Both the position numbers and the translations under genes were made by a program. Below are positions 1 to 13,566 of a DNA stretch of 64,000 nt, piece after piece (within the stretch, counting starts at the first letter, position 1; each line of letters starts with the position of its first letter). The stretch is from Utricularia gibba. Its lineage: Eukaryota; Plantae; Magnoliophyta. The stretch covers positions 124,001 through 188,000 of the forward strand of contig NEEC01000004.1 in assembly GCA_002189035.1 (NCBI GenBank). The letters are read 5' to 3'. Under the pieces are notes generated by a model. That model did no database searches and was not told the DNA's origin. It saw nothing but the letters and a program-made list of their open reading frames with translations.

Positions 1-2
1 CA

Positions 3-185
3 TGCCACCTGGACTCCGTCGCCGGGCAGTCCGCTCCGGTGGGCCTGGATCATGAAGCCGCGTCTTCGGTCGGATGCAGCGCCGCCGTTGCTCCCTTTAA
101 CGATGATGGGCTCCCCGTGGCGTACACAATGATCAGCTCCGGCATCAATGGCATGGACTCCATTTTCCCTCCCAGGGGTTTTTAG
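3..185 (+). CDS. Probable 3' end of a gene entering from the left edge (...NDDGLPVAYTMISSGINGMDSIFPPRGF*), product unknown
   Basis: GC-rich open frame from the window edge to TAG at 183-185, followed by AT-rich 3'UTR-like sequence. No recognisable motif, and a minus-strand reading cannot be excluded. Confidence 0.35.
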   Translation, partial: CHLDSVAGQSAPVGLDHEAASSVGCSAAVAPFNDDGLPVAYTMISSGINGMDSIFPPRGF

Positions 186-453
186 TGTAAATTTGTGCGA
201 GCGCAAGCTTTTTAGTCTATGAAACGTGTATTTTTGTTCCACTTTTATTTACTGATAAAATAAATGATTTTCGATTAAATAATATGTTTGTTATTTCTTT
301 ATTTAATGATATAGTAGGTTGGAATCTCGAGTGGGCCGCATTTATGGGCTATAATCGCGTGTTGGGCTACTTGATTTTGGGCTTATGGGCCCATTTTACG
401 TTAGGTGTCTTCGCGAGTACCTCCATTGATTTCTCTCCGACGAGACGCAGGAG

Positions 454-2206
454 ATGATTTCTCTGGCGCCTCATCCTCTACTGCACTACACAAGAACCGC
501 TGCGGCTTCGGCGGCCGCCCGTAGAATTCTTGCTTCTGCGGCCTATGCGTCAAGCGTTGAAGTCCCTCTCTCCGTTTTGCACTCTTCATTGAGAAAGTCC
601 GTCTGCGCAATGTCTCCAAATCCATCAAATGTTTATAATATTGCTAATTCGGCTGGGGTTTCGGCGGATTTTCAAGAACGTAATTGCTGTTATCTCACAA
701 GGAACTCTTTTCTGAGTGGCGCTGATGAAGGAGTTGGCGAAGGCGGGGAGTGTTCTCTCGTGGTTGTCTCTTTTTATAAATTCGCTGATTTCCCCACTGT
801 GCTGATATGCGAAAGCCGCTGAAGGACCTCTGTGAGAAGATGGTAGCTTTGGGTTTTTTTTTTTTTTTGTTTTGTTTTGATTCTTGTTCTGTTAGCTTTG
901 GGTTGAACATTGGGTGGTGTAGACACATTTTGAACTTATTCATTGTTAGTCCGAAATTGGAATTATGTGCATCTCTAAGCTGATGCCCTCAGCTTGTTTC
1001 AGGAGGTATTATCCTTGCTCCAGAAGGAATCAATGGAAGCATATGTGGAACCCGGGATTCAGTCGAGTGCGTGCTTGCCTTCATCCAATCCGATGAGCGT
1101 CTTAATGGCCTTAGGCTTATTGAGTCGCCAGTTAGTCCGGAAGAAGAAGCTATTCACCACGGGCATATGAATAGCTCTCCTCTAGCTGCAGGCGAAGATG
1201 CCCCGTTTAGGTGGGATCATGTGAGGGTTAAGCTGAAAAAGGAGGTACTTTACTTCGACCCAAAAGATAACCGTTCAGATTTGCTGATGATTGATGCCAG
1301 TCTAAAATTGCTTGTAGATTGTCACACTCGGTATGCCATCCGTATCACCCATTGAGAGAGTTGGAAAGTATGTGAGCCCGAGGGAATGGAATGAATTGAT
1401 CAATGATCCAGATACAGTAAGTACATTAGCCTCGAATGAGATCTTGCATTGTTCTGTAGGATGAATCTTCTTGGATTTTCGAAGCTGATCTGAAGAATTC
1501 GTCACTCAATCTTGACAACCTAGGTTGTTATAGACGTGCGAAATGATTACGAAACTAGGATTGGGAAGTTCAAACGGGCTATTGATCCTTGCACTAGAGC
1601 ATTCAGAGAGTTCCCATCCTGGGTGGATGAACATTTCAAAGTAGATGAGGCTGAAAATCATGCATCTTCACTCTCAAGCGCCGAAGAAAAAGCTCATGAT
1701 ATGGAATCCAAGGTGCCCCGAGTGGCCATGTACTGTACTGGTGGAATCCGCTGCGAAAAAGCTTCAAGCTTTCTCCTAAGCAAGGGTTTCAAAGAGGTAC
1801 GATCTTTGGAAAACTGAACAGGGTTTTTACGGGATGCAAAATGAGATGAGAATACTCTCTGCCCACTCAGGTTTACCATCTACAAGGTGGAATCTTGAAG
1901 TACCTCGAAGAAGTTCCGGAGAAGGAGAGCCTGTGGGAGGGTGAATGTTTTGTGTTTGATAAACGAGTGTCAGTCGACCATGGCCTGGAGCAGGGGACCT
2001 ACAAGCTTTGCTACGGATGCAAGAAGCCGGTAAGTGACGCCGACATGGAAATGCCGGAGTGGGAATATGGTGTCTCTTGCCCGCACTGCTACCACTCAAA
2101 ATCAGTTGAAGAGAAGGAGAGAGCAAGAGCAAGACAGAGACAGTTTGAGAGATGGGGCATCATTGGTGGCCCGGACAAAGGCCGGAAACCAGTGAGAGCA
2201 GAGTAA
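454..2206 (+). CDS. STR7: Rhodanese-like domain protein 7/8, plastid-targeted (TrhO/UPF0176 family); 5 exons; apparent -1 frameshift at about 795
   Basis: Transit-peptide-like N-terminus. Motifs [36 protein letters not shown]|[14 protein letters not shown], active site [30 protein letters not shown]-type C-terminus. GT-AG junctions join these in frame. One added base after ttcccc restores [12 protein letters not shown]. Confidence 0.93.
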
Positions 2207-2665
2207 CAGAGTTGAGGGAGGATATGGATGGTGGCTAATGTTCTTCGAGCTGAACAGATTCCCCATTTCGTTTTTTTTCTTCCTTGCTTGGAAGCCTTTT
2301 GATCGGATGTAGAAGAGAATCCTCAAAGACCCCAGTCTTCTCTCACGCCTTCATGAAGAAACTGGATTCATTTGAGATCGATGGAAAGCAGCTCGCCGGT
2401 GGCCGATCACCGGCAGCGATGCGCCCTCTAATTTCAGACCGCATCTGTGATGGGCCACTCTCCGTACTGGGGCGGGCTAACATTTCCCATTGTTGGGCCC
2501 GATCAGAAGCCGCAATTATGGGCCCAACTACATTTCATCCCTTTGTTTCGGGCCAAAATTTGATAACGAGGCGGCTTTCAGCGTCACTTTCGGACAAGAG
2601 CTTCTACCGTCGCTCCATATGCGGCTTCTGATTCCTCGCTCCTTTCGTCTAGACGAAAGCATACG

Positions 2666-4894
2666 ATGATGAGCTTGTGCTCATTATTTCACTGGCCCAT
2701 GTTTTCGTGGAAACAACCAAAATTTGCAGCCTGCCGTGGTGTGCTTGCTGGAAGTTTGCATGCCGCTGGAGCTTCAGGTTCAGGAAGAGGCCTTTCTTGT
2801 TCTTTTGATGACCAAGAACGGAGATGGGAAATGGGTTTCTTGACTGCTTCCGCTGCAGCGGCTTCTGCCCCGCTTGACAGCTCTAGTGCTGAATATTTAG
2901 GTAAAATTCCAATCATCTCAGGTTCTCTGCAGGCTACGGGCTTCGGTTTTTGAAAGCTTTTAGTATAAAGGGTCATCCTTGGCGCTCCTTAGGAATTTGT
3001 TTACTTATATTCTGTATAGTATAACTGGGTTTATTGATTAAACTGTAACGTTACCTGTAAGATGTCTGGATAGAATTCCCTTAGACTGATGATTCTTGGG
3101 TTCTCGCAATTTCAGACCAATTATCTAATAACAAGGATGAAACATTAGCCAGCATCGGCCAGGATGAAATAGAAGATCCCTGCCTTCTAGCTGATTCTGA
3201 TAGCTGTTTCTGTGAATTTAACGGTGTACAAATACACCACAAGATCTGTCATGGGGAGTCGTCAGGATCTCCTATATTTAACTTAGATGCAACTCAAGAG
3301 TCCTGTGACAGTTCTACGGAGGTTAACATCCCAATTGTTCTGTTGCATGGTTTTGGAGCCTCTGTCTTTTCGTGGAACAAAGTTATGAAGCCCTTAGCAC
3401 TGGCCACTGGTTCTAAGGTTCTGGCATTTGATAGACCTGCCTTCGGTTTGACATCGAGAGTGAATGCTATCAAGCTTTTGTCACATGGAAACCAAGATTC
3501 CAGACCTTTGAATCCTTTCTCAATGACATTCTCGGTTTTGGCGTCCTTGTTTTTCATTGATTTGCTATCTGCTGAGAAGGCTATTCTTATTGGGTATGTC
3601 TGCTTCCATGTTCTACTTTGGTTGTTTCCACTTCATTTCTATATAAATGTCCCGGAAAAATCATTGGTGATTGTAGACTTTAGGCTTCTTTGGCATGTAG
3701 ACATGAATTAAGAGATGAGTTCCATCACTTTGGCCTGTAGAAGTACTTGTAGGCTTTAGACTTCTTTGGCCGGTAAATATGAATTATTCATTTTTCCTTT
3801 GTATGATAGGATGTATTTTGTGGTGCTCATCCAGTTGCCAATGAACTTTTCTTTGATAGTAAAAGAACTTTTGAGATTGTTACTCATACAATCTCTTGAA
3901 GACAACCAGGCATTCAGCGGGTGCCCTTGTAGCAGTAGATGCATACTTTGAAGAACCGGAGCGCATAGCTGCTCTGATCCTTGTAGCACCTGCAATTTTT
4001 GCCCCACTAATGCGAAGTGCAGCCAAACAACAGTCCCGGACGGAAAGTCCTCCGAAGCAGAATTGGTTTTCCTGCCTTCTTGATGCCGTGTCAACCGCTT
4101 TCAAACATGTTGCAGCTGCAATGGCGAGGATCGTTCGATGGATAGCAGATATGATCAGTTTTCTTTACAGAAGTGCTTTAGCATCATTCTTGCGCTCTTC
4201 ATTTGGAGTTATGGTGGTAAGGAGTTCCCTTCTTTTAGATTGCACTTATCATCCATTTCTACATCAATATGACAGGAGATGAGATTCCGCATAGTAATAC
4301 TTTCAGGTAAGGATGCTGATCAACAAGTTCGGAATAGAAGCTGTCCGCGCAGCATGGTATGACCGAAACCAAATTTCGGATCATGTTCTACAAGGTTATA
4401 CCAAGGTGATTCAGTAATCTTACTTACAGAATGGATCATATTTTAACCAAGGCTAGTTTCTTAATACATTGAAACTCATAGCCACTGAAGCTGAAATTCT
4501 GGGACAAAGCGTTAGCTGAGTTTGCTGTGGCAATGCTAGCAGATCCTGCATCTGAGTCAAAGCTTCCTCTAGGAAAGAGGCTCAGCCAAATCTCATGTCC
4601 AGGTTCTAAGCCTATCTCCATCACCATATTTCGAGCTAACTAGCCAGCTTCTGATTCCGTTTCTGATCAAATTTGATAGTTTTGATCATCTCCGGCGACA
4701 CCGATCGCCTCGTCCCCGTGTGGAACTCCGAAAGGCTTTCGAAATCCATTGCAGGATGCTGCTTCCAAGTGATCAAGAACTGCGGCCACTTGCCCCAGGA
4801 AGAAAAGCCTGATGAATTTGTGTCCATTGTTGATACCTTCCTCCGCCAAGTGTTTGGCGTTCCCCAGGAGAACCCCCAGCCATCACCTGCATAA
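2666..4894 (+). CDS. Alpha/beta hydrolase fold protein; 6 exons; intact
   Basis: HGFGAS oxyanion motif, LAFDRPAFGLTSR, nucleophile elbow GHSAG across a splice junction, GDTDRLVP (Asp) and CGHLPQEE (His). All splice phases are consistent. Confidence 0.92.
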
Positions 4895-5152
4895 AATGTT
4901 CATTCTTAACCCTATCAACTTTCAAATGTGTGTATTCTGATTTTTTTTTTCAAAATTTTTTAATTAAATGAATTTTAGTATTTTCTTATTTTTTTTATCA
5001 ACCTATCTGTCAAATAAATGTTTAATTATAGTTATATAACTTTTTATTTAAATATATTATCAATTAAGTTATTCTTTTAAATATATTTTAATAAATGTGA
5101 ACGAGGCCGTCTAGCAGGCCCATATGGACACGGTAAGCCCATTTCCATTAGA

Positions 5153-5179
5153 TTTTTTTTTTGGGGGGGGGGGGGGGGG
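5153..5179. repeat. Poly-T followed by a G17 homopolymer
   Basis: Direct reading of the sequence; intergenic. Confidence 0.85.
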
Positions 5180-5688
5180 ATTTATGGTAGGTAATTGATA
5201 GACACATTGAACTGTCCTATCTGGACACTTTTCCGTTGAGTTGGTCGGAATGGAGAAGGTGCATCCTTGACAGAGGTGTTGTACTGCGGTAATGAAGGGG
5301 AAACAAACGGTCTCTGTGTTGCTGCTTCTCCTTTACTTGCAGTGAAGGCCATGGGAATCAAACGAAAACAATGCTTCATCATCAAAGAGCACAACGAATC
5401 CGAGAAGAGAGGCTCGAGTTATTAGCACAGGAGGACCTGAGAAGAGAATCAGAAAGAAAAACCTGGATGGACTCCATGATAGCACTTGACACTTAATACG
5501 TGTGGGTATGCAATATGCATGCATGAGGAGGCGCACGAAACCAACGTAATAAAGTGGGGGGAAAGAGACGAAAAACTTTGCTGGATTTCGTACGTCCAAA
5601 AAAGTTGGTGTTACAGAAATCAGATGCTTTATCTCTATAAAATTTGACCCGTTTCCCTCTCTTGGACAAAGGAGTCATTCTTCATTCA

Positions 5689-6570
5689 ATGGATGGGCGG
5701 CCTGATTTCCAGGGTTCCTCACACTTTGGACCGGAGGAATCTACATGGAGTTTTGCAGACAACAAAGTATTTGAAATTGCTTTGTCGGAAATCACCACAC
5801 TCAACCATGATTCGCCATCCTTTTTCGATGAAATAGCTAGGAAGATTCCATGGAAGTCTGCCAGGGACATCCAAAACCACTACCAAGCACTCGTTCACGA
5901 CCTTGAAATGATCGAATCCGGACCCTTTCCGGTGCCGGATTACTTCGCCTCCAGGAGTGGAACCACCGAGGGGAACAGCACTTGGTCTGCTGTTGGAAGA
6001 ACGAAGATTGGCCAACCACATCGTAAAGGAGTGCCGTGGACTGAAGATGAGCACCTGTAAAAAAAATTATGTCCTTCGCCGTGTTGTGTTCTACTGATTC
6101 AACCCAAGAATATGCGATTCTTCTCCTTCTGAAATTTTGTTTTTTACAAATTCCAGTTGAATTTGATGCATACTGATAGTGTTGGGAAATTCAGGTTATT
6201 TCTGATGGGACTTCAAAGGTACGGGAAGGGAGACTGGAGAAGCATCGCGAGACACTACGTTACGACGAAAACCCCAACACAAGTTGCGAGCCACGCTCAG
6301 AAGTACTTCCGGAGGCAGGCGAGTTCGACTCCGGCCGAGAAGCGACGGCCCAGCATTCACGACGTTCAGGTAGTGAACACCCCAGCCCTGATAGAGCGGC
6401 TATCAGTTTCCGGCCTTGTGCCTAGTTTTTCAACCCAAATTCCCTTCTTATCTGATGGCGGTCTCAGTTTTCCGATGATCAGCGGCGGCGGATTTGCACC
6501 GACGGATCCCCTTTTTTTCAATCCTTACGGAATTGCAACCAATTACTCTGCACCGGCGTTCTGGTTTTGA
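5689..6570 (+). CDS. R-R-type MYB transcription factor (DIVARICATA/SRM1-like, SHAQKYF class); 2 exons
   Basis: N-terminal SANT ([10 protein letters not shown]...IP.KS...[13 protein letters not shown]) plus [10 protein letters not shown]|[38 protein letters not shown] and RRPSIHD. Intron at about 6057-6194. Confidence 0.92.
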
Positions 6571-6883
6571 AATAAGGGGATCTCTCTGGTGCATGTACAT
6601 GGAAGGTCGTGTGTCGCTTCTGAAGCCCATTGTCACTTGTAATTCCTCTGCTTAAAATGCCCTGTTTTACAGAAATAAATACTAATAAATAATTTGGAAA
6701 TTATTGACTTATTCATCCATTATATAAAAAAAAGAAAATATTCAAGGGAAAATAAATTAATAAATACAAGAAAACATATTAGCCATATATTTTTTTAATA
6801 TATGTATATATTTTCTATTTATATTAAATGATATATGGCAAATAATCCGCCTAGCATTTAGGCATATACCACTGGGCTCGATA

Positions 6884-7434
6884 ATGGCTTCCTCCACAGC
6901 CGGACCTTCGGTCGCCTTCTTCACCATCTCCGGCCCTCTCCGGCGCCTCCGCGGATTCTTCCGGCAAATATCCGACTTCCGATTCCGAAGCCAGTTCGCA
7001 GGCCCAGGATTGTACTGAGATCAACCGACGTCTCCAAGGAAGACAAGCAGGAGCAGCCGATTTCCCTCCAAGTAGAGGAGCCCGAGGCGAAACTCGACAA
7101 GCGGAGGCTAGAGGAGAAATTCGCGGTGTTGAACACCGGAGTATTTGAATGCAGATCTTGCGGTTACAAATACGAAGAGGCTACAGGGGACCCTGGGTAC
7201 CCGATCCCGCCCGGGATGCCCTTCGATAAGCTTCCCGACGATTGGCGGTGCCCTACCTGCGGCGCGTCGCAGACATTTTTCGAAAGCAAGAAAATGGAAA
7301 TCGCGGGCTTTGCCCAGAATCAGGAGTTTGGATTCGGGGGTAACTCCCTTACCTCTGGGCAAAAGACTTTGCTCATCTATGGCAGTTTGTTTGTAGCGTT
7401 TCTGTTCTTCTTATCCGGCTACTTCATCCAATGA
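6884..7434 (+). CDS. RBD1: Thylakoid rubredoxin (RubA/RBD1-like); single exon; apparent -1 frameshift at about 6900
   Basis: ECRSCGY...WRCPTCG iron-binding CxxC pairs, AQNQEFGFGGNSLTSGQK and a C-terminal TM helix. One added C in acagcc(c)gg joins ATG 6884 to a transit-peptide-like frame. Confidence 0.92.
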
Positions 7435-8050
7435 TCCAAATTGAACAACTTGGCTTTTCTGCAATTTCAGAATTCAATATGCTATTGAATTGTGGGTTAC
7501 TGTTCCTGCCTGATGGTGTAATTTTGCAATCACAGAATCTCCATGTCTTCATCTACTTCTCTGTTTCCGTTCCTGTAGCTCTTTGTGAGCTCATTCAGAA
7601 CTGCTTCCATTAGGAAATGGGATGCATTTGATCTGAGCTTGAGCCTTCTTCCTTAGTCTGTGTTGTCACGAATGAGTCGGGCTTTTCTTCTCCACATGTC
7701 CCATCAATTTGAAGCTGAATATCTCTTGTTTACATGGTGGGCATCGGACACGGGACGTACTCGCACGGATTCGGCTACGCGTCTGCTTTGGAAAACACGG
7801 ATCGAGATATTATGTAATAATTGAAAATAAACGGGGAATTAGAAAAGAACCGTAAATGATTTTTTTACTTTAAAATGTTATTTTTTAACCTGTCCATTTG
7901 AAAGAAATCGGAAAAAGGTTTATAAAGAGAATCGAGGCAGTCTTCGACGCTAAGAATTCTCTCCTGCAGTTGCGAAGCGTTCCAGGGATTCAGGTTCCGT
8001 TGTTTCATGTAGCTCGAATATACTGCTGGAAGGGAGAAGCCGCTGCATCA

Positions 8051-9135
8051 ATGGTGGGACTGTTCTCTAACAGGATTGGAAGAGATGATCTGAAGCCCGG
8101 GGATCACATATACTCTTGGAGGAATTCCTATCTCTACGCTCATCATGGTCTGTTTCTTTCTAACGCGTGTTTCTTTTGTTTATCTGGACTGGATCCCCAA
8201 ACCCTGTTTGTCGTGCGTGTGTGGATTGGGGATACGCGGTTACCTTCTTTCTCTTTTTTTTTTGTTTTTGTGGGAGGTGATTTCTAGGGATTTTGATAAG
8301 GCGTTAATAAATTTGATTTATTTAGAATCTCAGATTCATGCTTGGAGAAGCGATCATGGTTTGAAGCTACAGTTCTTTGTGTTGTGTATGTTTCGCATGT
8401 TTTTCTATGAAGTTTCTTTCCATATCGTTTCTTCTGCGGTAAATTCATGATCTTTATGTTACGGCATGTGTAGGAGTATATATTGGAGATGGAAATGTGA
8501 TCCATTTTACTCGTGGAGCGGGCCATGAGATCGGTACCGGAACATCGTTGGACCGATTTCTCTTCAGTTCATCCGCATCCCAATCAAAGGTTGCCTGTCC
8601 CAGATGTGGTGATCAGTCAGGTTCTAATGGAGTCATCTCCTCTTGCCTCGACTGTTTTCTCGCCGGCGGTGAACTCTATTTATTCCAGTACGGTGTGTCA
8701 CCTGCATTGTTTGTTGCCAAGGCTCGAGGAGGAACGTGCACTCTTGCGAAGTCTGATCCACATGATGATGTAATCCACCGTGCTATTTATCTCCTTGAAA
8801 ATGGTTTTGGTGGTTATGATCTTTTCAGGAACAACTGTGAGGACTTCGCCATATACTGCAAAACGGGTTTACTTGTGTTCACAAATGTAAGCGTCGGTCG
8901 AAGTGGACAAGCCTCCACTTTTCTTGCAGCTGCCAGCACGGTTGTGTCATCTCCACTACGCTTCATGAGCTCAGGTGCAGTTGGCTTGGCCCTTGCAGGG
9001 GCCGGTGTTTACAGCATCAGTCGATATGTTTCAGATATTGGGGTAAGAAGGGATGTTCGTAAAGTCCGTGTTGAGGATCTTGTTGCAAGCACTTCCGGCG
9101 TTCACGCCACACAAGCAGCACCTCAAGCTGTCTAA
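8051..9135 (+). CDS. LRAT / NC-domain protein; 2 exons
   Basis: LKPGDHIYSWR..YAHHG|VYIGDGNVIHFT and YDLFRNNCEDFAIYCKTG (NCExF catalytic motif). Intron at about 8148-8472. Confidence 0.92.
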
Positions 9136-9497
9136 GAAAATTCAGTGTATTGTTCTGTGTTATTTATGAATGTGGCCTGCCTTACAGTATTATCAACGCA
9201 GTAGAGTTTAACCACCAAACCAAGCTCGGAGTGGATTGGCGTTGTTCTCTACGCCTAGATGAAGTGCTGTGTGTGAAGTTATTATAAGAGCCTTGTGCTC
9301 AAGACTCCTGTGTTCCTTCTGTTATTCTTGCTATGCAGGAAGATCATTTACTCTTGTACCAGCTTTGTTCTTAAGAATCTTTTGCTTTTGTGTATTTTGT
9401 GTATTCGCCTGCGAAAGCTTGCAATTACGATTGATGAAGTCAAGGACATGATTTTCCATCAGAAACCGATGATCAACAGAGCAGGGAAATAAAATTT

Positions 9498-10672
9498 TCA
9501 GCCATTTTCTAACTCAGATTCAAAACCGTCTGTATCATCGTCTCTGTTCAGTCCACGACGACCCAGAAGCACAAGATGAAGGTGTTTCCTTCGAGCTGCA
9601 TATACTGGGTTGGGTTCAATCAAGCAACCTCTCTCATATGCCTCCCTCAAGAATACAGTGTGCCTTTTTCCTTGGTTGACAAATAGAATATCCCTGGGTG
9701 ATCAAGGAACAAGTCTCTTACATTGAATTCAATCTGAAACCATTTCCTGAACTGGCTAAACTTCTCCACTTCAATCATCTTCTCCACTGTCAAGCTTAAG
9801 AATTCGTGCATGATCCCAACTGCTCTTTTCTCTTTCCTCAACAATGCATTCTGATGCTTCTTCCCCTGATCCAAACCCACAGCCTCGTAAGGACCAGTGT
9901 ATGGTAATTCTTGCCATTTCTTGACCTTAGCCTTGAATGTCTTCTTTAACCGCATCCCAGGAGGAAAACCTTGTTTAAAGCTGAATCGCAGGTTAGTTCT
10001 GTCTAATTTGCAGTCTTCTTTGCAACATTCTACGACTCTCCAGTTATCAACCGCAGGAACCAAGCAATCACTGTGTTTTTCACTGTTATTCAGCACCAAA
10101 TAATGAGTATTGGTCTCGTTTCCATCATGAAGCGAGAAGATATCAGCATTAGCCGAGATAACAGAATCCTCGAAGTCATCAGGGAGACCGAGTTCCCTCC
10201 ACACCTTGAAAATGGCTCTAAGTGGGACCTTCTTCGTCGGAGACATCGATAGAAGCTTCACCAGACGGGCTACGGCGAGAGGGAGTGAATCGTTAATGGC
10301 ATTTGATTCTTCGCGAATGATTCCAAGGGCAGTGGGTGTGAGTGTGCAATATGGGCTAAGATTATCTCTGTGGCGGAAAATTTCGAATATGTGGGGGTAG
10401 TTCCGAAGGAAGGCGGCGGGGCCGCGATTGAGATGGAGTCTCTGAGAGAGACGACTGAGGAAATCGAGAGAAACGGAAGGTGGGTTAGCGTTGGAAGCGA
10501 GGATTAGGTCTTGAATGGAGAAGACCTTAAGCAAGTGCTTATATTTCTCCATTAATTTTTCGAATTTCGGATCTCTGGGTCTGGAAGCGACGTACTCGGC
10601 TGAGGAAGTTTTCGACCGGCGGAGAAGGCCGGCGGCGGGTAACTTGATTTGCTGTAGAATTTTCGCTGCCAT
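9498..10672 (-). CDS. Plant organelle RNA recognition (PORR/WTF) domain protein; intronless; apparent -1 frameshift at about 9670
   Basis: LGLPDDF, W(Q)ELPY.GPY, EKRAVGIMHEFLSLTVEKM, HPGIFYLSTK. Adding one G restores GKRHTVFLREAYERGCLIEPNP to a TGA at 9498-9500. Likely start MAAKILQQ at 10672. Confidence 0.9.
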
Positions 10673-11322
10673 TCCCAGTGGCGGCCCCCGAGTATCAGCC
10701 TCAGTGCCCCCAACCCCAGGGACACTCGTAAGCTTGAAATATCGAAAAAAAATTAACCTTCTGCATTTACTGGTATCCTTTCTATTCGCACCGGATTCCT
10801 CAAGGGCGTCATCTTTTCCCCGCATCTTTTCCATTTCTTCCCAATTCTCAGCCCACTTTTCCTAATTTCGTTGTTTTCGAGTTAGGGCTCTTCGACGCAT
10901 TGTGAGTTGATCTTTGGAAGCCGAGAAATTTGATTCTCAGATCAATTTTCAATTCCATATCACCTGGGTCGACTCACGTCCACGTATGCACTCTGTTCTG
11001 CCTAACCATTGGTTTAGAGCTGTTAAGATCATTTCTGATGAATTTGTTGTCTTTACTTTTTTTGTGTTGTTTACAAATTGCTCTGATCCTCCCTGTTCTG
11101 CCATCTTCAGCGATCAAAATCTGAAAGTTTGTAAAAGAAGGCGTTTGTTTTGTATTCTTGTGGCTATACCTTGAATTCCTTCGCTTTTGGCCCCAATTTG
11201 GTGCTTCTGAATTTTTTTTTTTCTACGGTGAAATTCTGGGTATAAGAAATTGTCTGGAGGGAGTCAGTGATGGATGTGGCTTTTGAACTCATGTACACTG
11301 TGGGATTAGTTTTGTAGATAAA

Positions 11323-13143
11323 ATGGTGAACTCTGAGCAGGCGAAGAGAAGAGTTGCCTTTGTCCTTGTTGATGGTATTGGCGATGTATCGCTGCCGAGA
11401 TTCAATTACAAGACTCCTCTGCAAGTGGCTAGCACACCCAACTTGGACGCCATCGCATCAGCGGGTGTTAATGGACTCATGGACCCTGTTGAAGTAGGAT
11501 TAGCGTGTGGAAGTGATACTGCCCATCTTTCATTACTGGGTTATGATCCAGGGTGTATTATCGGGGCCGAGGTGCATTTGAATCGATGGGTGCAGGGCTT
11601 GCCATGTCCCCAGGAGATATTGCTTTTAAAGTATGTGATTCTCCATCTTTTCACAACGTGTGTTTGTTCCAGTCCTAAGCACATTCTTGCTTTTTGATCT
11701 AACACTTGATCTTTTCCTTGTTTTATATTATCTTGCAGTCGAACTTTGCTACCCTCGACGAGAAAACTGGAGTTGTTACCAGTAGGAGAGCCGATAGGCA
11801 TTTTGAAGAAGAAGGGCCAGTGCTGTGCGCAGCTTTGGATGGGCTGAAGATTCCTACTTTTCCTGAATATGAAGTCAGGGTCAGGTGTGCGTGTGTGTCC
11901 TCATCAATTAGACATTGATTCCCACATAACCGTGAAATCCCATTACAGATTTCTGTCTCTGGCAATATGATTGTTTTCAGATATGCAACAGAGCACAGAT
12001 GTGGTGTGGTTGTCAAAGGACCTAACTTAAGCGGCAATATATCTGGAACAGACCCGTTGAAGGATAACCGTCTCCTTTTACAAGCTGAACCTCTTGATGA
12101 CTCAGAAGAAGCCAAGAACACTGCTGCAGTTGTCAACGACTTATCGAAGGAGATTTCCCGCATCCTTTCTGCTCATGACATCAACAAGAGAAGGATTGCA
12201 CAAGGAAAGAATATTGCTAATGTTGTCCTCCTGCGAGGATGTGGAATTCGGATTGAGGTAACCTTGGAATCTCCTAGTTGATGCGCCCCTGTTACTCAGC
12301 TTGCTTCTTTTTCTTCCTCTTTTTGTGTACAATGAACCAGGTTCCCCAGTTTGAAAAGATGCATGGTTTATGGCCCTGCATGGTCGCTCCAACGAAAATC
12401 ATTGCTGGCCTGGGCTTATCTCTTGGTATTGACATCCTCGAGGCACCGGGCGCGACCGGAGACTACAGAACGCTGCTAACATCCAAAGCAACCGCAATAG
12501 CGAATGCACTCTCAGCTCCCCTAACCCCCTGTCCTAACGTCTTTGTACCTGGAGAATCAGAACATAAACCCGGCCGATCAGATGGGTACGATTTTGGGTT
12601 CCTTCACATTAAGGTGAGCTTCTGTGCAATCCTTCCATTACCCATCAACATTTTAAAAACCTGCTGTCAAACTGTTCGTAGGCGATAGATGACGCCGGCC
12701 ATGATAAAGCAAGCATCTTCAAAGTGAAAGGCCTTGAAGCTGTTGATAAGGCTATTGGGCAGATGTGTAAGCTGCTTTGGCAATCAGAGTCCAGAGGCAA
12801 GTTTCAGTATTACATCTGTGTGACAGGGGATCATTCGACTCCAGTCGAGTACGGTGACCATAGCTTCGAGCCTGTCCCGTTTGCTCTGTGTCGCCTGAGA
12901 GACTTCGTGGATGCTTTGGGTGGGGAGTCCCGGCTTCAGGAGATCAATCTGGAACCATTTCCGCTCCCCTGTGTGGATGAAAACTCAGAGGACAGCTGCC
13001 CTGCTGCTGAAGAGGGACACGGGGAAGCTTTCAAAGGTGACGGTGTTTGGGAGTTCAGTGAGGTTGCTGCTGCAAAAGGGTGTCTTGGTCGATTTCCGGG
13101 AAGTGAAATGATGAATGTCATAAAGGCGTATCTCAGTCTCTGA
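11323..13143 (+). CDS. Cofactor-independent phosphoglycerate mutase, archaeal-type (ApgM-like); apparent -1 frameshift at about 11550
   Basis: VLVDGIGDVS, ACGSDTAHLSLLGYDP, then YYRGRGAFESMGAGL after a one-base shift, FATLD...RRADR, ANVVLLRG, GFLHIK|AIDDAGHD and VTGDHSTP metal-binding motifs. Confidence 0.92.
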
Positions 13144-13566
13144 TTATGTAGACAGGCGGTTGCAGCCACAGCTTCTGAACTGAAGTGAAATGCCCTGATG
13201 AATAATGGTATCCGTCCGTACTTGTTGAATTTATTTTGTCATTAAATTCTAAAATATCACAAAATTGAAAAAGAAAAGATATTTCGGTTGGGCCGGTTGG
13301 GTTGGGTGAATGTTACTCCTCTTCTGCAGTCGTCGCTGGAGTTTCACTTGACTTGGGCCAAGTGGCTTCCTGTTTCTGGCTGTGGGCATGTGACTGGGCG
13401 GTGCATCTTTGGGCTACGACGCTACGCCGTGCCCGTCCCTATCTCTACTTTTTTCGGTCGCTTTGATTTAGAAAATGTGTCGGGCTTATCAGGGGTTTTG
13501 TTACGTCTCAAATTTTTATTCTGGCGGCAATTTTCAACTGTATTGTGCTTCTGTAAAGCTAACACT

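Noticed and set aside
5182-5430. Coding-looking stretch upstream of the MYB gene
   Set aside because: No in-frame start, splice support or recognisable motif on either strand.
10673-10834. 54-codon N-terminal extension of the PORR ORF in the ORF track
   Set aside because: It lies in the shared PORR/iPGM promoter region and has no family motifs. MAAKILQQ at 10672 resembles an organellar targeting start.
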